Source of the DNA: an uncultured Alkalibaculum sp.
GTDB taxonomy: Bacteria > Bacillota > Clostridia > Eubacteriales > Alkalibacteraceae
Reading direction: 5' to 3'
NCBI GenBank assembly: GCA_964626295.1
Contig: CAZVEI010000001.1
Span: forward strand, 1 to 32,033
Length of the DNA stretch: 32,033 nt
Shown here in pieces: positions 17,438-26,512 of this stretch. Under the pieces are notes generated by a model. That model made no database searches and was not told the origin of the DNA. It saw nothing but the letters and a program-made list of their open reading frames with translations. The position numbers were made by a program, and so were the translations under genes. Every line of letters begins with the position of its first letter. The stretch's first letter is position 1.

Positions 17438-17555
17438 ATTATTGTAGAAAGGCTCACTCTGCATACTCCAAAAGAAGTCCTGCTATCTTTAATAGCAAAA
17501 GGACCCTATAGAAATACCCTAGAGCTCGTGACTAGTGGCTAAAACTGGCACTTTC

Positions 17556-18266
17556 TTATTCCTTATTCTCTTGTAAATTCTTTAGCTCATTCTTTTCTTC
17601 CATAATTACGATTAATTCTTCTGTTGTTGCTATATGTTCTTCTGCAATTGCCCTTGCCAGATTTCCATCCTTATCTTTAATTGCGTTAAGCATCTCATTA
17701 TGTTCTTTTAATAGTAATCCTGTGTTATTCATCTGAGTAAAGTAAGCAACTCTATACCTTTGAACTTGCTCTCGAAGGTTATTAATCATTTGCATTAGTT
17801 TGCTGTTTTGAGCAGCCTTGTATATAATGTCGTGAAATTCCGTATCGTAGCTGATGAGGTCAATAATATTATTCTTATTAGCAGCTTCTTCAAAATATCG
17901 AAGAGAGTTTTCTAGTCTTTCAATTTCCTCTTGTTTTGCATTCTGGGCTGCCTTTTTAGCCGCAAGACCTTCTAAAACAACTCGAATTTCAACTACTTCA
18001 CGAATATCTTCTGAAGTCAACCCTGCAACGTAAGCTCCTTTACGAGGTACCATTACTACCAAGCCCTCTAACTCCAGCTTCCTGATTGCTTCGCGAACAG
18101 GGGTCCTACTAACACCCATTTGCTCCGCTAGTTGAACCTCCATTAACCTTTGGCCCGGCTTAAAATTGCCTTCAACGATCGCCTTTCTCATAGTTGAAAA
18201 CACAATTTCTCTTAAAGGCTTGTAGCTTTCCATATCTATGGTTAAAACCCCATCTTTATACCCCAC
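17556..18266 (-). CDS. GntR/FCD family transcriptional regulator
   Basis: PGQRLME..LAEQMGVSRTPVREA winged HTH plus FCD (D.EFH); GTG at 18266 follows AAGGGAGG and overlaps the end of ispE. Confidence 0.9.
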   Translation of the reverse strand: MGYKDGVLTIDMESYKPLREIVFSTMRKAIVEGNFKPGQRLMEVQLAEQMGVSRTPVREAIRKLELEGLVVMVPRKGAYVAGLTSEDIREVVEIRVVLEGLAAKKAAQNAKQEEIERLENSLRYFEEAANKNNIIDLISYDTEFHDIIYKAAQNSKLMQMINNLREQVQRYRVAYFTQMNNTGLLLKEHNEMLNAIKDKDGNLARAIAEEHIATTEELIVIMEEKNELKNLQENKE

Positions 18267-19134
18267 GGCATAACCCTCCCTTATTAAACGTCGTAGCGAC
18301 AAATACTTCTCTATAACTCTTTTTTAATTCAATATACGCTCTTCTTGCAGTTTCTTTCTCTTCGAAAAGCCCATATATGGTTGGCCCGCTACCACTCATC
18401 AAAGAATTTATGGCGCCTAATCGAATCATATTTTCCTTAATATCGCATAGTCTAGGGTATTTTTTGAATATAAAATCTTCAAATACATTTCTCATTTTAG
18501 AGGCGATAATCTGCTTCTCCCCTCTTTGAATCCCTTCAATCATCTTCATGGTTTCTGGACGATTCTTTATAGACTTTACATTTACTAAGTTGTAGGCCCA
18601 AGGAGTAGATATTCGAATAGAAGGCTTGACCAATACCACATAAAACTTTGGCAATGGTTCTAGTCTTGTAAGCACTTCTCCAATTCCTTCAGCTAAGGCT
18701 GTCCCTTCTATCATGCAAAAAGATACGTCTGCGCCGATTTTTGTACCTATATCAAGAAGTTCTTTATCGCCCAAGTTTAAATTCCACAGTTTATTCAACG
18801 CTCTAATCGTACACGCTGCATTAGAGCTACCACCAGCCAAACCTGCAGCTATAGGAATTTTTTTTTCTATAAACACTTCAATTCCTTTATTCACCTGTGT
18901 ATATTCTAAAAGAAGTTTAGCAGATTTATAGATAATATTCCTTTCATCTTTGGGTAGACGAGGATTGTTGGAGTTTAATTTGATACCCTTTTCTATCACC
19001 TTAAAGTGCAAAGTATCGCACAATGAAATAGTCTGCATGACCATGGACACATTATGATATCCATCATCCCTTTTGTTTACGATGTCTAAGGTCAAATTAA
19101 TTTTTGCTCTAGATTCTAATGTAAGCTTATTCAT
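18256..19134 (-). CDS. ispE: 4-diphosphocytidyl-2-C-methyl-D-erythritol kinase
   Basis: AKINLTL, DGYH, IPIAAGLAGGSSNAA, GADV and MSGSGPT. Confidence 0.96.
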   Translation of the reverse strand: MNKLTLESRAKINLTLDIVNKRDDGYHNVSMVMQTISLCDTLHFKVIEKGIKLNSNNPRLPKDERNIIYKSAKLLLEYTQVNKGIEVFIEKKIPIAAGLAGGSSNAACTIRALNKLWNLNLGDKELLDIGTKIGADVSFCMIEGTALAEGIGEVLTRLEPLPKFYVVLVKPSIRISTPWAYNLVNVKSIKNRPETMKMIEGIQRGEKQIIASKMRNVFEDFIFKKYPRLCDIKENMIRLGAINSLMSGSGPTIYGLFEEKETARRAYIELKKSYREVFVATTFNKGGLCRGV

Positions 19135-19185
19135 ACATCACCTTATGTTTATATAATGTTTTTGTATACAGTATTAATTATAATA

Positions 19186-19214
19186 ATATTACTCTCTTCT
19201 TTAGGCCATGTCAA
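19186..19214 (-). promoter_or_regulatory. Putative SigA promoter of ispE and the GntR gene
   Basis: TTGACA (19214-19209), 17 nt, TAATAT (19191-19186). Confidence 0.55.
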
Positions 19215-19224
19215 GTTTTTACTT

Positions 19225-22200
19225 TCATGTAATTTTTACGGCTTGATTTTTATGAAATAAGTAAAGATAAGTTTCTTTTACTTTTTTCTTCGTCAACTCT
19301 TCAATCGCTTTTTTGTACAATTGTAATTGGGATGTGTAATTTAGAATCAACGCCGCCTTATCTTCTTCATCACAATAGTAATCGCTCTTATAATCGATCA
19401 AGATATAGTCTTTACCTTCTAAGAAATAACAATCGACAATCCCTTGAATCAGCATATAATCTTCGCTTTCTTCTACATTGGCTTTAAAGTTAAAAGCCTT
19501 TTCCCTATAAATTTTTCGTCCTTGTAACATTCGTTGACCTAAAGGGCTTAGAAAGTATTTGGCGATTTTCGGGGCAAAAAAATCATCCACTTCTTCCTTA
19601 TTTAGAATTTGTTTTTTTATCATTTCGTCAATTTGTACCTCTATCTCTTCCTTATAGGAACCTTGCAAATCTCTTAACCCCCCTAAATCTAAGTGCTGCA
19701 AAATAAAATGCAGTACAGTTCCTCTTTGAGCTCCTGTCATACCCTTTTGCCTTTGAAACTTAGGTAAGTTAAAGGTATCATTCACTCGAATGGTGTTAAT
19801 CCGTTTATCCTCTTGTACCTTCTTTAATTCTGTCACGGTAGCTTTTGTAGGCATATTGCTCTCTTTTTCGTAACCATAGGACCAAGATAGTTTTTCGTCG
19901 ATCGTTTTATAAATTGGAGAGCTTCCTTCCTTTTCTAGTCCTTCCCAATACCGAATTAAATCCCATTTCCCCTCTAGTTGTTGCGCCTTTAGCTTATTTA
20001 TGATCTGAGACAAATTTTTGTATTCCAGAGTAAAACAATTTTCTTCCTCTCCTATATAATTCTTTTCTCTCAGTACTACAGGCATAATCCAATCTAAATA
20101 CGTCCTACCTGTGGAAATAGAGTACTCACTTAATCTATTTGACCATTTCTTCTCAATAGCGTTCTCCAACTTGTTTACTGTTCCCACTAAATATAGGTAA
20201 TCCCTTGCCCTGGACAAAGCTACATACAGTACTCTCATCTCCTCAGACAAAGTCTCTAGTTGAAGCTTTTCTTTTACGACCGTCTTAAAAATAGTAGGAC
20301 AATACCTTCGCTCTTCTAGGTTAATGTAATTAGGGCAAATCCCTAAATCTTTATGAGCTATAATAGATTCTCGTATATCCTGCAGATTCATATTTTTCCC
20401 TAGGCCTCCTACAAAAACCACTGGAAATTCTAGTCCTTTGCTCTTGTGAATGCTCATTATGCGTATGACATTTTCATTAGGTCCAATAATCTTAGCTGAA
20501 GATAAATCTCTTTTAGTCTCTCTTAAATTTTCTACTAGGCGAATAAAATTAAATAGACCGTTAATATTAGACTCTGTGTACTGTTTTGCTCGATCTATAA
20601 GTATTCGGATATTAGCTTGCCTTTGTATCCCCCCTGGCATAGCGCTAATGTAATAATAATAACCTGTTTCTACTACAAGTTTCCATATAAAATAATTAAG
20701 AGGCATATACCTACATTGCTTTTTCCACAGTTCAATTTTTCCTATCATATTTTTTAAGCGATGACTTAAATCATCATCTTTACTCATAATATAGACTTTA
20801 ACGGCATCGAAAAAGCTAACCCTTTTATCAACTAAGCGTATTTGCGTTAGCTCTTCAATCGTAAAAGAGAAAATTGGAGATTTCATAACGCTAATTAAGG
20901 GAATATCCTGATAGCTATTGTCAATTAGTTTAAGGAGTTCAATGATCAATCGGATTTCTAAAGTATCAAAATATCCTGTTTGAGACTCGGCATAGACAGG
21001 TATACCTTGTTGATTTAATACCTCATAATAAAGATCAGACCATTGGCGAGTAGTACGAAGCAATATGACTATATCCTTATAGTCTAAAGATCTGTAATCC
21101 TCTATATCTTTATCATAAACTTTTTCTTCTAATAGTTCCTTGATTTTGCTGACAATAAAGAGGGCTTCCCCTTCTATCTTTCCAATCTCCATAAGCTCTT
21201 CGCTGGGGATATTGTCTTTATCGTTTTCTATAATTGTAATCTCTACTCTTTCTGCTAAAGGCACTTGCTCGGCCCCTAAATACAATTTGGCCTCCTCATC
21301 GTATTTAACCTCTCCAACGTATTCGCTCATGGTATTTTCAAAAATCAAATTGATAAAGTCAATGATCTTTTGCCTGCTTCTAAAGTTTTGATTTAAGGCA
21401 ATGGTTTCCTTGTCACTCTCTTTTTCCTCAGAAAAAGAAAGCTGCTTTTTTATAAACAAGGTCGGGTCTGCCATTCTAAATCGATAGATGCTCTGCTTTA
21501 CATCCCCAACAAAAAACACATTGTCTTCTCTCATAATACTAGAGATAATCGTATCCTGGATTTCATTGCTATCCTGGTATTCATCTACAAAAACAAACTC
21601 ATATTGATGCCTAAGCTCTTCTCTCACCTCTTGGTTTTGAAGAATTCTAAGGGTGTAATGTTCCATATCGTTAAAATCCATGACACGTCTTTCTAACTTC
21701 TTCTCATGAAAAACCTGATCGTACTTTAGCACTAAATGGAGCAAATAACCTATAACAGGCTCCATTTGAGCTATGTCTTCCATCATGGTGTGTGGAGGAT
21801 TATACTGAAGATTCTCTTGAAGTTTTTTGACGATATCCTTTGCGCTATTTCGTTGGCCTACTATTTGCTCTTTTAAATCTACATCGTCAGTTTTAATTCT
21901 AAGAGTACTAAATATTGCACTTTCTAGAGATTTGTAAAAGAATTCATACCCTATATTTAAATCTCTTAGGATGAGATCTATTTGGCGGTCTTCATCTTGT
22001 AATATGTAAATGGCCTTTTCATTATCTTCTAATGTGTTTGCCATTTGTAAAGCTTCTGAGATCTCTATTTTAGCTGAATTTAACTTTCTCTTTGTACTGA
22101 GTTTGTACTCCTCATAAAAAGCGCTCTTGTTAAAGTCTTCTAAGTTCATTTTAAAGCTTTCTAGCGACTTATGGATCCATTCCTGTGGGAAAGGTCGATT

Positions 22201-22740
22201 CATTAAAAACAGATGGAGCTTGTTGATTATATTACGAATTTCTCCGTCATCCCGTCTATTGTTAAACATTTCTAATAAATTGATAAATTGTTCATCTTCT
22301 TTTTCGTATTCTTCTTCCAAAAGCTCTTCTAACGCCTTGTCCTTTAGTATGCCAATTTGGGTTTCATCCCCAATGCGAAGCCCAGGGTCTAGATTAATTA
22401 CCTGAAAATATTTTTTTGTAACATCTAAGCAAAAAGAGTGCAAAGTGCTAATAGAGGCTCCTGATAGTTTAGCAATTTGTCGGCTCAAAAATCTCCGATT
22501 GTCCTCCCCTTTTTCCATAGTCTCCATTAGTTTTTTATAGAGACGAACCCTCATTTCCTCTGCAGCTGCCTTTGTAAAAGTGACCACTAACAAACGATCT
22601 ACATCTACTTTATCTTCTACCACAATCTTTACAATTCTCTCTACTAATATGGCTGTCTTCCCGGATCCTGCAGCTGCAGAAACCAGTAAACTCTTATCCC
22701 TAGTATCAATGGCCCTTTGCTGATTCTCAGTCCATGGCAT
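19225..22740 (-). CDS. addA: ATP-dependent helicase/nuclease subunit A
   Basis: SAAAGSGKT, VDEYQD, VGDVKQSIYRFR, HKSKGLEF and C-terminal nuclease GIVD...IDYK; ATG at 22740 after AAAGGGGTG. Confidence 0.96.
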   Translation of the reverse strand: MPWTENQQRAIDTRDKSLLVSAAAGSGKTAILVERIVKIVVEDKVDVDRLLVVTFTKAAAEEMRVRLYKKLMETMEKGEDNRRFLSRQIAKLSGASISTLHSFCLDVTKKYFQVINLDPGLRIGDETQIGILKDKALEELLEEEYEKEDEQFINLLEMFNNRRDDGEIRNIINKLHLFLMNRPFPQEWIHKSLESFKMNLEDFNKSAFYEEYKLSTKRKLNSAKIEISEALQMANTLEDNEKAIYILQDEDRQIDLILRDLNIGYEFFYKSLESAIFSTLRIKTDDVDLKEQIVGQRNSAKDIVKKLQENLQYNPPHTMMEDIAQMEPVIGYLLHLVLKYDQVFHEKKLERRVMDFNDMEHYTLRILQNQEVREELRHQYEFVFVDEYQDSNEIQDTIISSIMREDNVFFVGDVKQSIYRFRMADPTLFIKKQLSFSEEKESDKETIALNQNFRSRQKIIDFINLIFENTMSEYVGEVKYDEEAKLYLGAEQVPLAERVEITIIENDKDNIPSEELMEIGKIEGEALFIVSKIKELLEEKVYDKDIEDYRSLDYKDIVILLRTTRQWSDLYYEVLNQQGIPVYAESQTGYFDTLEIRLIIELLKLIDNSYQDIPLISVMKSPIFSFTIEELTQIRLVDKRVSFFDAVKVYIMSKDDDLSHRLKNMIGKIELWKKQCRYMPLNYFIWKLVVETGYYYYISAMPGGIQRQANIRILIDRAKQYTESNINGLFNFIRLVENLRETKRDLSSAKIIGPNENVIRIMSIHKSKGLEFPVVFVGGLGKNMNLQDIRESIIAHKDLGICPNYINLEERRYCPTIFKTVVKEKLQLETLSEEMRVLYVALSRARDYLYLVGTVNKLENAIEKKWSNRLSEYSISTGRTYLDWIMPVVLREKNYIGEEENCFTLEYKNLSQIINKLKAQQLEGKWDLIRYWEGLEKEGSSPIYKTIDEKLSWSYGYEKESNMPTKATVTELKKVQEDKRINTIRVNDTFNLPKFQRQKGMTGAQRGTVLHFILQHLDLGGLRDLQGSYKEEIEVQIDEMIKKQILNKEEVDDFFAPKIAKYFLSPLGQRMLQGRKIYREKAFNFKANVEESEDYMLIQGIVDCYFLEGKDYILIDYKSDYYCDEEDKAALILNYTSQLQLYKKAIEELTKKKVKETYLYLFHKNQAVKIT

Positions 22741-22821
22741 AACTTTCACCCCTTTGGCTTTAGTTGTAAATTGTCCACTTTATGTTGTATTCCCTTATAG
22801 TTTGTTTTGATTTTTAAATAA

Positions 22822-23026
22822 GGTTATGGTTGGACGGTTGGTTCGTTGGACGGGCTTTGGTCACCGATGGTGACCCTTATGTCGGAACGACGAGGGCGGC
22901 GTTCCCTACTTTTTCGTGGCAGAAGCTAGTGATTAGCGCAACATAGGCGGACAGGGTCGTCCGCCCCTACATAATGGCACACTTTCTCTGTGCTTCAACT
23001 TTTCCAACATTCAACCTTCCAACTTT
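22822..23026. repeat. Cluster of GTAG-type REP-like hairpins within inverted octamer arms
   Basis: Minus strand GTAGGGGCGGACGACCCTGTCCGCC (22970-22946), GTAGGGAACGCCGCCCTCGTCGTTCC (22909-22884) and ATAAGGGTCACCATCGGTGACC (22880-22859). Confidence 0.75.
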
Positions 23027-23053
23027 CTGCTCTTTAGTCTTTTGCTGACCACC

Positions 23054-26000
23054 TTAATGCTGACCACCTATCTTTTTCAGTACTTCCTCATCACTCAAAT
23101 CCAACTTCGTACTAAATTTACTCCCATCCAGTTGCTGATCGAAAAAACATATGGCTTTGTATTTGCAGTAGGTGCAGGCTTCTCTTTTTTGAGTTTTTGT
23201 TGGACGGATGGCGATGTTTCCTGCGAATATTTCTTCTCCTATATTTGTAATGGTCTTTTCTACATGGGATAAGAGTTGCTCTAATTGCTTTCCTTCAATG
23301 AGCCCTTTTGATGTCGCTGCGAATTCTCCATTCTTTTTAACTTTACAGTTGACAATATCTGAGTGTTCCACATCTTCATCTATAGCTTTTAAGACCTCTA
23401 TGTCTTTTAACATAAGACCTTTTAATTTGAAATTCTTCGTGATTTCACCTTTGATGACTTCTTCCTCTGCTTCTCCACTTAAGACAAGAGGGTCATCCAG
23501 TTTAAAGTAAAACATTCCAGCAGCTACAGATTCCTTATTCTTTTTCTTGCCGTAATTCAAACATACCCACATGTATACAATGAGTTGTAGAGATAAGCCG
23601 TAATAGACATCGCTTAAGTTTAAATCTTTATTTCCCGTCTTAAAGTCCATGATTTTCATAAACCATTTATCCTCATGTTTTAAAATATCTACTCGATCAA
23701 TTCTACCTTCTAAATACAGAAGATGCTCCTGTGACAACTCAATTTTAAGCGGAGGAATAAACTGGCCTAGTCCAAAAACCAACTCATTTCCTAACATTGT
23801 AAATTTGCCTTTTTTGTAGTGATAGGTCAAAGTCTCTACTGCCCTAAGGAAAATTCTATAGATATACCTAGCTAAATACTTATATCTAAAATTGCTTTCA
23901 AAAATCCCCTGCCTATAATCCACTATGAAGTCATCCATAACTTGTCTACATATAAGATTTGACTCTTCCTTTTCGATTCCCTTCCAATCAAGTTCATCTT
24001 TCTCAATAATAAGAGAATACTCGTAAATCAATCGATGAAGGATTTCTCCTATATCTGGTATTGAAACTTGGTAAATTTTTCGTTCCTTTGGCCTTAAACC
24101 GTAATTTACATAATGCTTAAAAGGACAATTAGAATACTCCTCTAATCTTGTAACACTTGTATTTAAGTTCTTTCCATAAAGTTCTTTTACCAAATCCGGT
24201 TTTAGTCGAGATATTCTATTATCAAAAACCATAGCCTCTTTTATTTGAGATATATGCTTCTCCCACTGAGGATTTTCTTCATACCAAAGATATACATTAT
24301 CCCAAATACTTTCACTCGCTTCATCAAAGCCATCTACAATAGACCTATAGTGTTGAATCATATGCTTTATCGTTCCCCTAGCATTCGTAATAGAATAACC
24401 TTCCTGCCACTTTCTTCCTACTTTAATACAAGGGAAGATCTCTTCTAAACGGTGGATGAGCATAGAAGGTCTCAAAGAGGACCCTTCCCAATTTGCAAGA
24501 GGATAACTTAAGATGATCTTTTCCTTTGGTTTGGCTATAGCGCTATAAATCAAATACCTTTCTTGAATGGTTTTAAAGCTAATATTTTCTTCAATTTCCA
24601 TACCTTTCTCTCTTAGAATGGCATTTTCATTTTCACTAAATATTCCTTCACTACTTTGAGGTGAAGGCAACTTACCTTCATTGACCCCTAGTATAAACAA
24701 AGCTTTAAAATCCGTAGTTCGGGTTCTCATAATATCCCCTACGATGACCTGATCTAAAGAAGATGGGATAACAGAAAGATCTACGCATTCAATACCGGAT
24801 TCTAAAATATCTAAATACTCTGCTATACTAGTCTTGTGATTCCCAAAAATTTCGATTACTTCGTCAAACAAATCCATTACGATATTGTATACCTGAGCAA
24901 TTTCTGCCGCATATTCATGTTGCCCGTACTCTTCTTTTACCTCCTGCAACATTCTTTGAAGTTTTTCCTCAACAGATAAAGACTCCATGTATCCGTATAA
25001 GGCAATTGTAATATTTTCAAAGGTAGGACTGGCTTTAATCTTTTCATGTAAATTAAGCAATGGACCTACTACAGAACTTCTCATACTATTTAGTTTTTCT
25101 AAGTCAAATTCATCAGACTCCTGAATTTGAGTAAATTCCTTTTTCCACCTGTTCCCTCTAATTCCGTACTTTAAGACGTAATTTTCTAAAATTTCGTATT
25201 CTTCGTACTCTAAATTGGTGAGCCCCGTCTTAATTAAGGCAAAAATATCATCGTATGTAAAGTGATATGCAATCGCCCTCAAAGAGTAAGTGAGCAAAAT
25301 ACTCAAGGGTTTGTCACTTATTTTTCTTTTGGCATCCATAAAAAAAGGAATATCATATTCTTCAAAAGATCGTTTTAATAAGAATTCATAGCCACTTAAA
25401 TCATTTGTAACTACTGTAATATCCTTAAATCGGTATCCTTCTTCTTGTACTAACTTTAGAATGTCTATACAAAGATAATCAAGCTCTTCATAAATATTTT
25501 TAAAGGCGCAAATTTTAATATTCTCCGGTTCTTCTTTATAGGGATTAAGTGGATAAGAGTATAATTCTCTTTCTAAGTGTTCCAGATCCTTAGGTTTATC
25601 CTTCTGTTTATAATAAGTGGTGATGAGCTTTGCTTGTCCGTTTCCAATCTCCATTAACTTATTTTGTGTGTTTTCATTGATAAGAAAAATCTCCTCATCT
25701 CGGTCTTCTCTATTTGTGGTTTGGGTAAGGCTTATCGTCAGTTCCTTGCTATTGATATGGAGTTTTTCAACAAACTCAAACATTTGCTCCGTAAAAGTAT
25801 CAAATCCGTCAATCCATATTTTAAATTTAGAGATGGTGGTACTCTCGTCCATCCGCTCTATAAGCAAATCTATGACGCCTTCGCTGTCTAAGTAGTCTTC
25901 TCCTAACCAATTATTATAACTTTCCATAAGGGTAGTAATGTCCTTAAGTTTTCTGCTGAGCATCTGATGATCTTCTAACTCATTTTCTATAACTGCCTTT

Positions 26001-26407
26001 AGAGCCTCTTCGCAAATCATTCTCTTCTTGAGATTGCTAATAATATCTTGAACTTCATTAATAAAACCTGATTTTCGAACCATCCCCCTATAAACAGTAA
26101 GCTCTTCTTGTTGGTCTAACAATGCCTTTTGCAGGGCCATATGCTTTCCAGTTGAAGATAGTTTAACTTTTGTTGCTCCTCCAACTTCCTCTATAAGCCT
26201 ACCCATTAATCTAGAGAAGCTCAAAACTTCTACATCTAGTATGCCTGGACTATCCAACACTTCAATAAGTTCCCTCTCCGCCTGAAAAGTAAACTGCTCC
26301 GGCACAATAAGGATAAGCCCATCTTCACCCTTTTCGATACAGCTCTTTATTTGATTGTATATAATTCTAGATTTCCCAGTACCTTTTCGGCCTATAATTA
26401 GATTCAT
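23054..26407 (-). CDS. addB: ATP-dependent helicase/nuclease subunit B
   Basis: GRKGTGKS, VPEQFTF, IDGF, CPFKHY, GRIDRVD, DFKTG and the C-terminal CTYCKYKAIC Fe-S motif; adjacent to addA. Confidence 0.95.
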   Translation of the reverse strand: MNLIIGRKGTGKSRIIYNQIKSCIEKGEDGLILIVPEQFTFQAERELIEVLDSPGILDVEVLSFSRLMGRLIEEVGGATKVKLSSTGKHMALQKALLDQQEELTVYRGMVRKSGFINEVQDIISNLKKRMICEEALKAVIENELEDHQMLSRKLKDITTLMESYNNWLGEDYLDSEGVIDLLIERMDESTTISKFKIWIDGFDTFTEQMFEFVEKLHINSKELTISLTQTTNREDRDEEIFLINENTQNKLMEIGNGQAKLITTYYKQKDKPKDLEHLERELYSYPLNPYKEEPENIKICAFKNIYEELDYLCIDILKLVQEEGYRFKDITVVTNDLSGYEFLLKRSFEEYDIPFFMDAKRKISDKPLSILLTYSLRAIAYHFTYDDIFALIKTGLTNLEYEEYEILENYVLKYGIRGNRWKKEFTQIQESDEFDLEKLNSMRSSVVGPLLNLHEKIKASPTFENITIALYGYMESLSVEEKLQRMLQEVKEEYGQHEYAAEIAQVYNIVMDLFDEVIEIFGNHKTSIAEYLDILESGIECVDLSVIPSSLDQVIVGDIMRTRTTDFKALFILGVNEGKLPSPQSSEGIFSENENAILREKGMEIEENISFKTIQERYLIYSAIAKPKEKIILSYPLANWEGSSLRPSMLIHRLEEIFPCIKVGRKWQEGYSITNARGTIKHMIQHYRSIVDGFDEASESIWDNVYLWYEENPQWEKHISQIKEAMVFDNRISRLKPDLVKELYGKNLNTSVTRLEEYSNCPFKHYVNYGLRPKERKIYQVSIPDIGEILHRLIYEYSLIIEKDELDWKGIEKEESNLICRQVMDDFIVDYRQGIFESNFRYKYLARYIYRIFLRAVETLTYHYKKGKFTMLGNELVFGLGQFIPPLKIELSQEHLLYLEGRIDRVDILKHEDKWFMKIMDFKTGNKDLNLSDVYYGLSLQLIVYMWVCLNYGKKKNKESVAAGMFYFKLDDPLVLSGEAEEEVIKGEITKNFKLKGLMLKDIEVLKAIDEDVEHSDIVNCKVKKNGEFAATSKGLIEGKQLEQLLSHVEKTITNIGEEIFAGNIAIRPTKTQKREACTYCKYKAICFFDQQLDGSKFSTKLDLSDEEVLKKIGGQH

Positions 26408-26512
26408 AGAGGTACTCCTTTCTTTCTAAGATGGTCAGTCGTAGGTTGCGGGCTAGACTCTGTAAGTCTTAACAAACTAGATTCTTCTTTCCAACATACC
26501 AACATTCAACTC

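Noticed and set aside
18267..18302. Longer GntR N-terminus from the ORF track; likewise addA from 22749 and yacP from 1880
   Set aside because: RBS positions favour the downstream starts at 18266, 22740 and 1862
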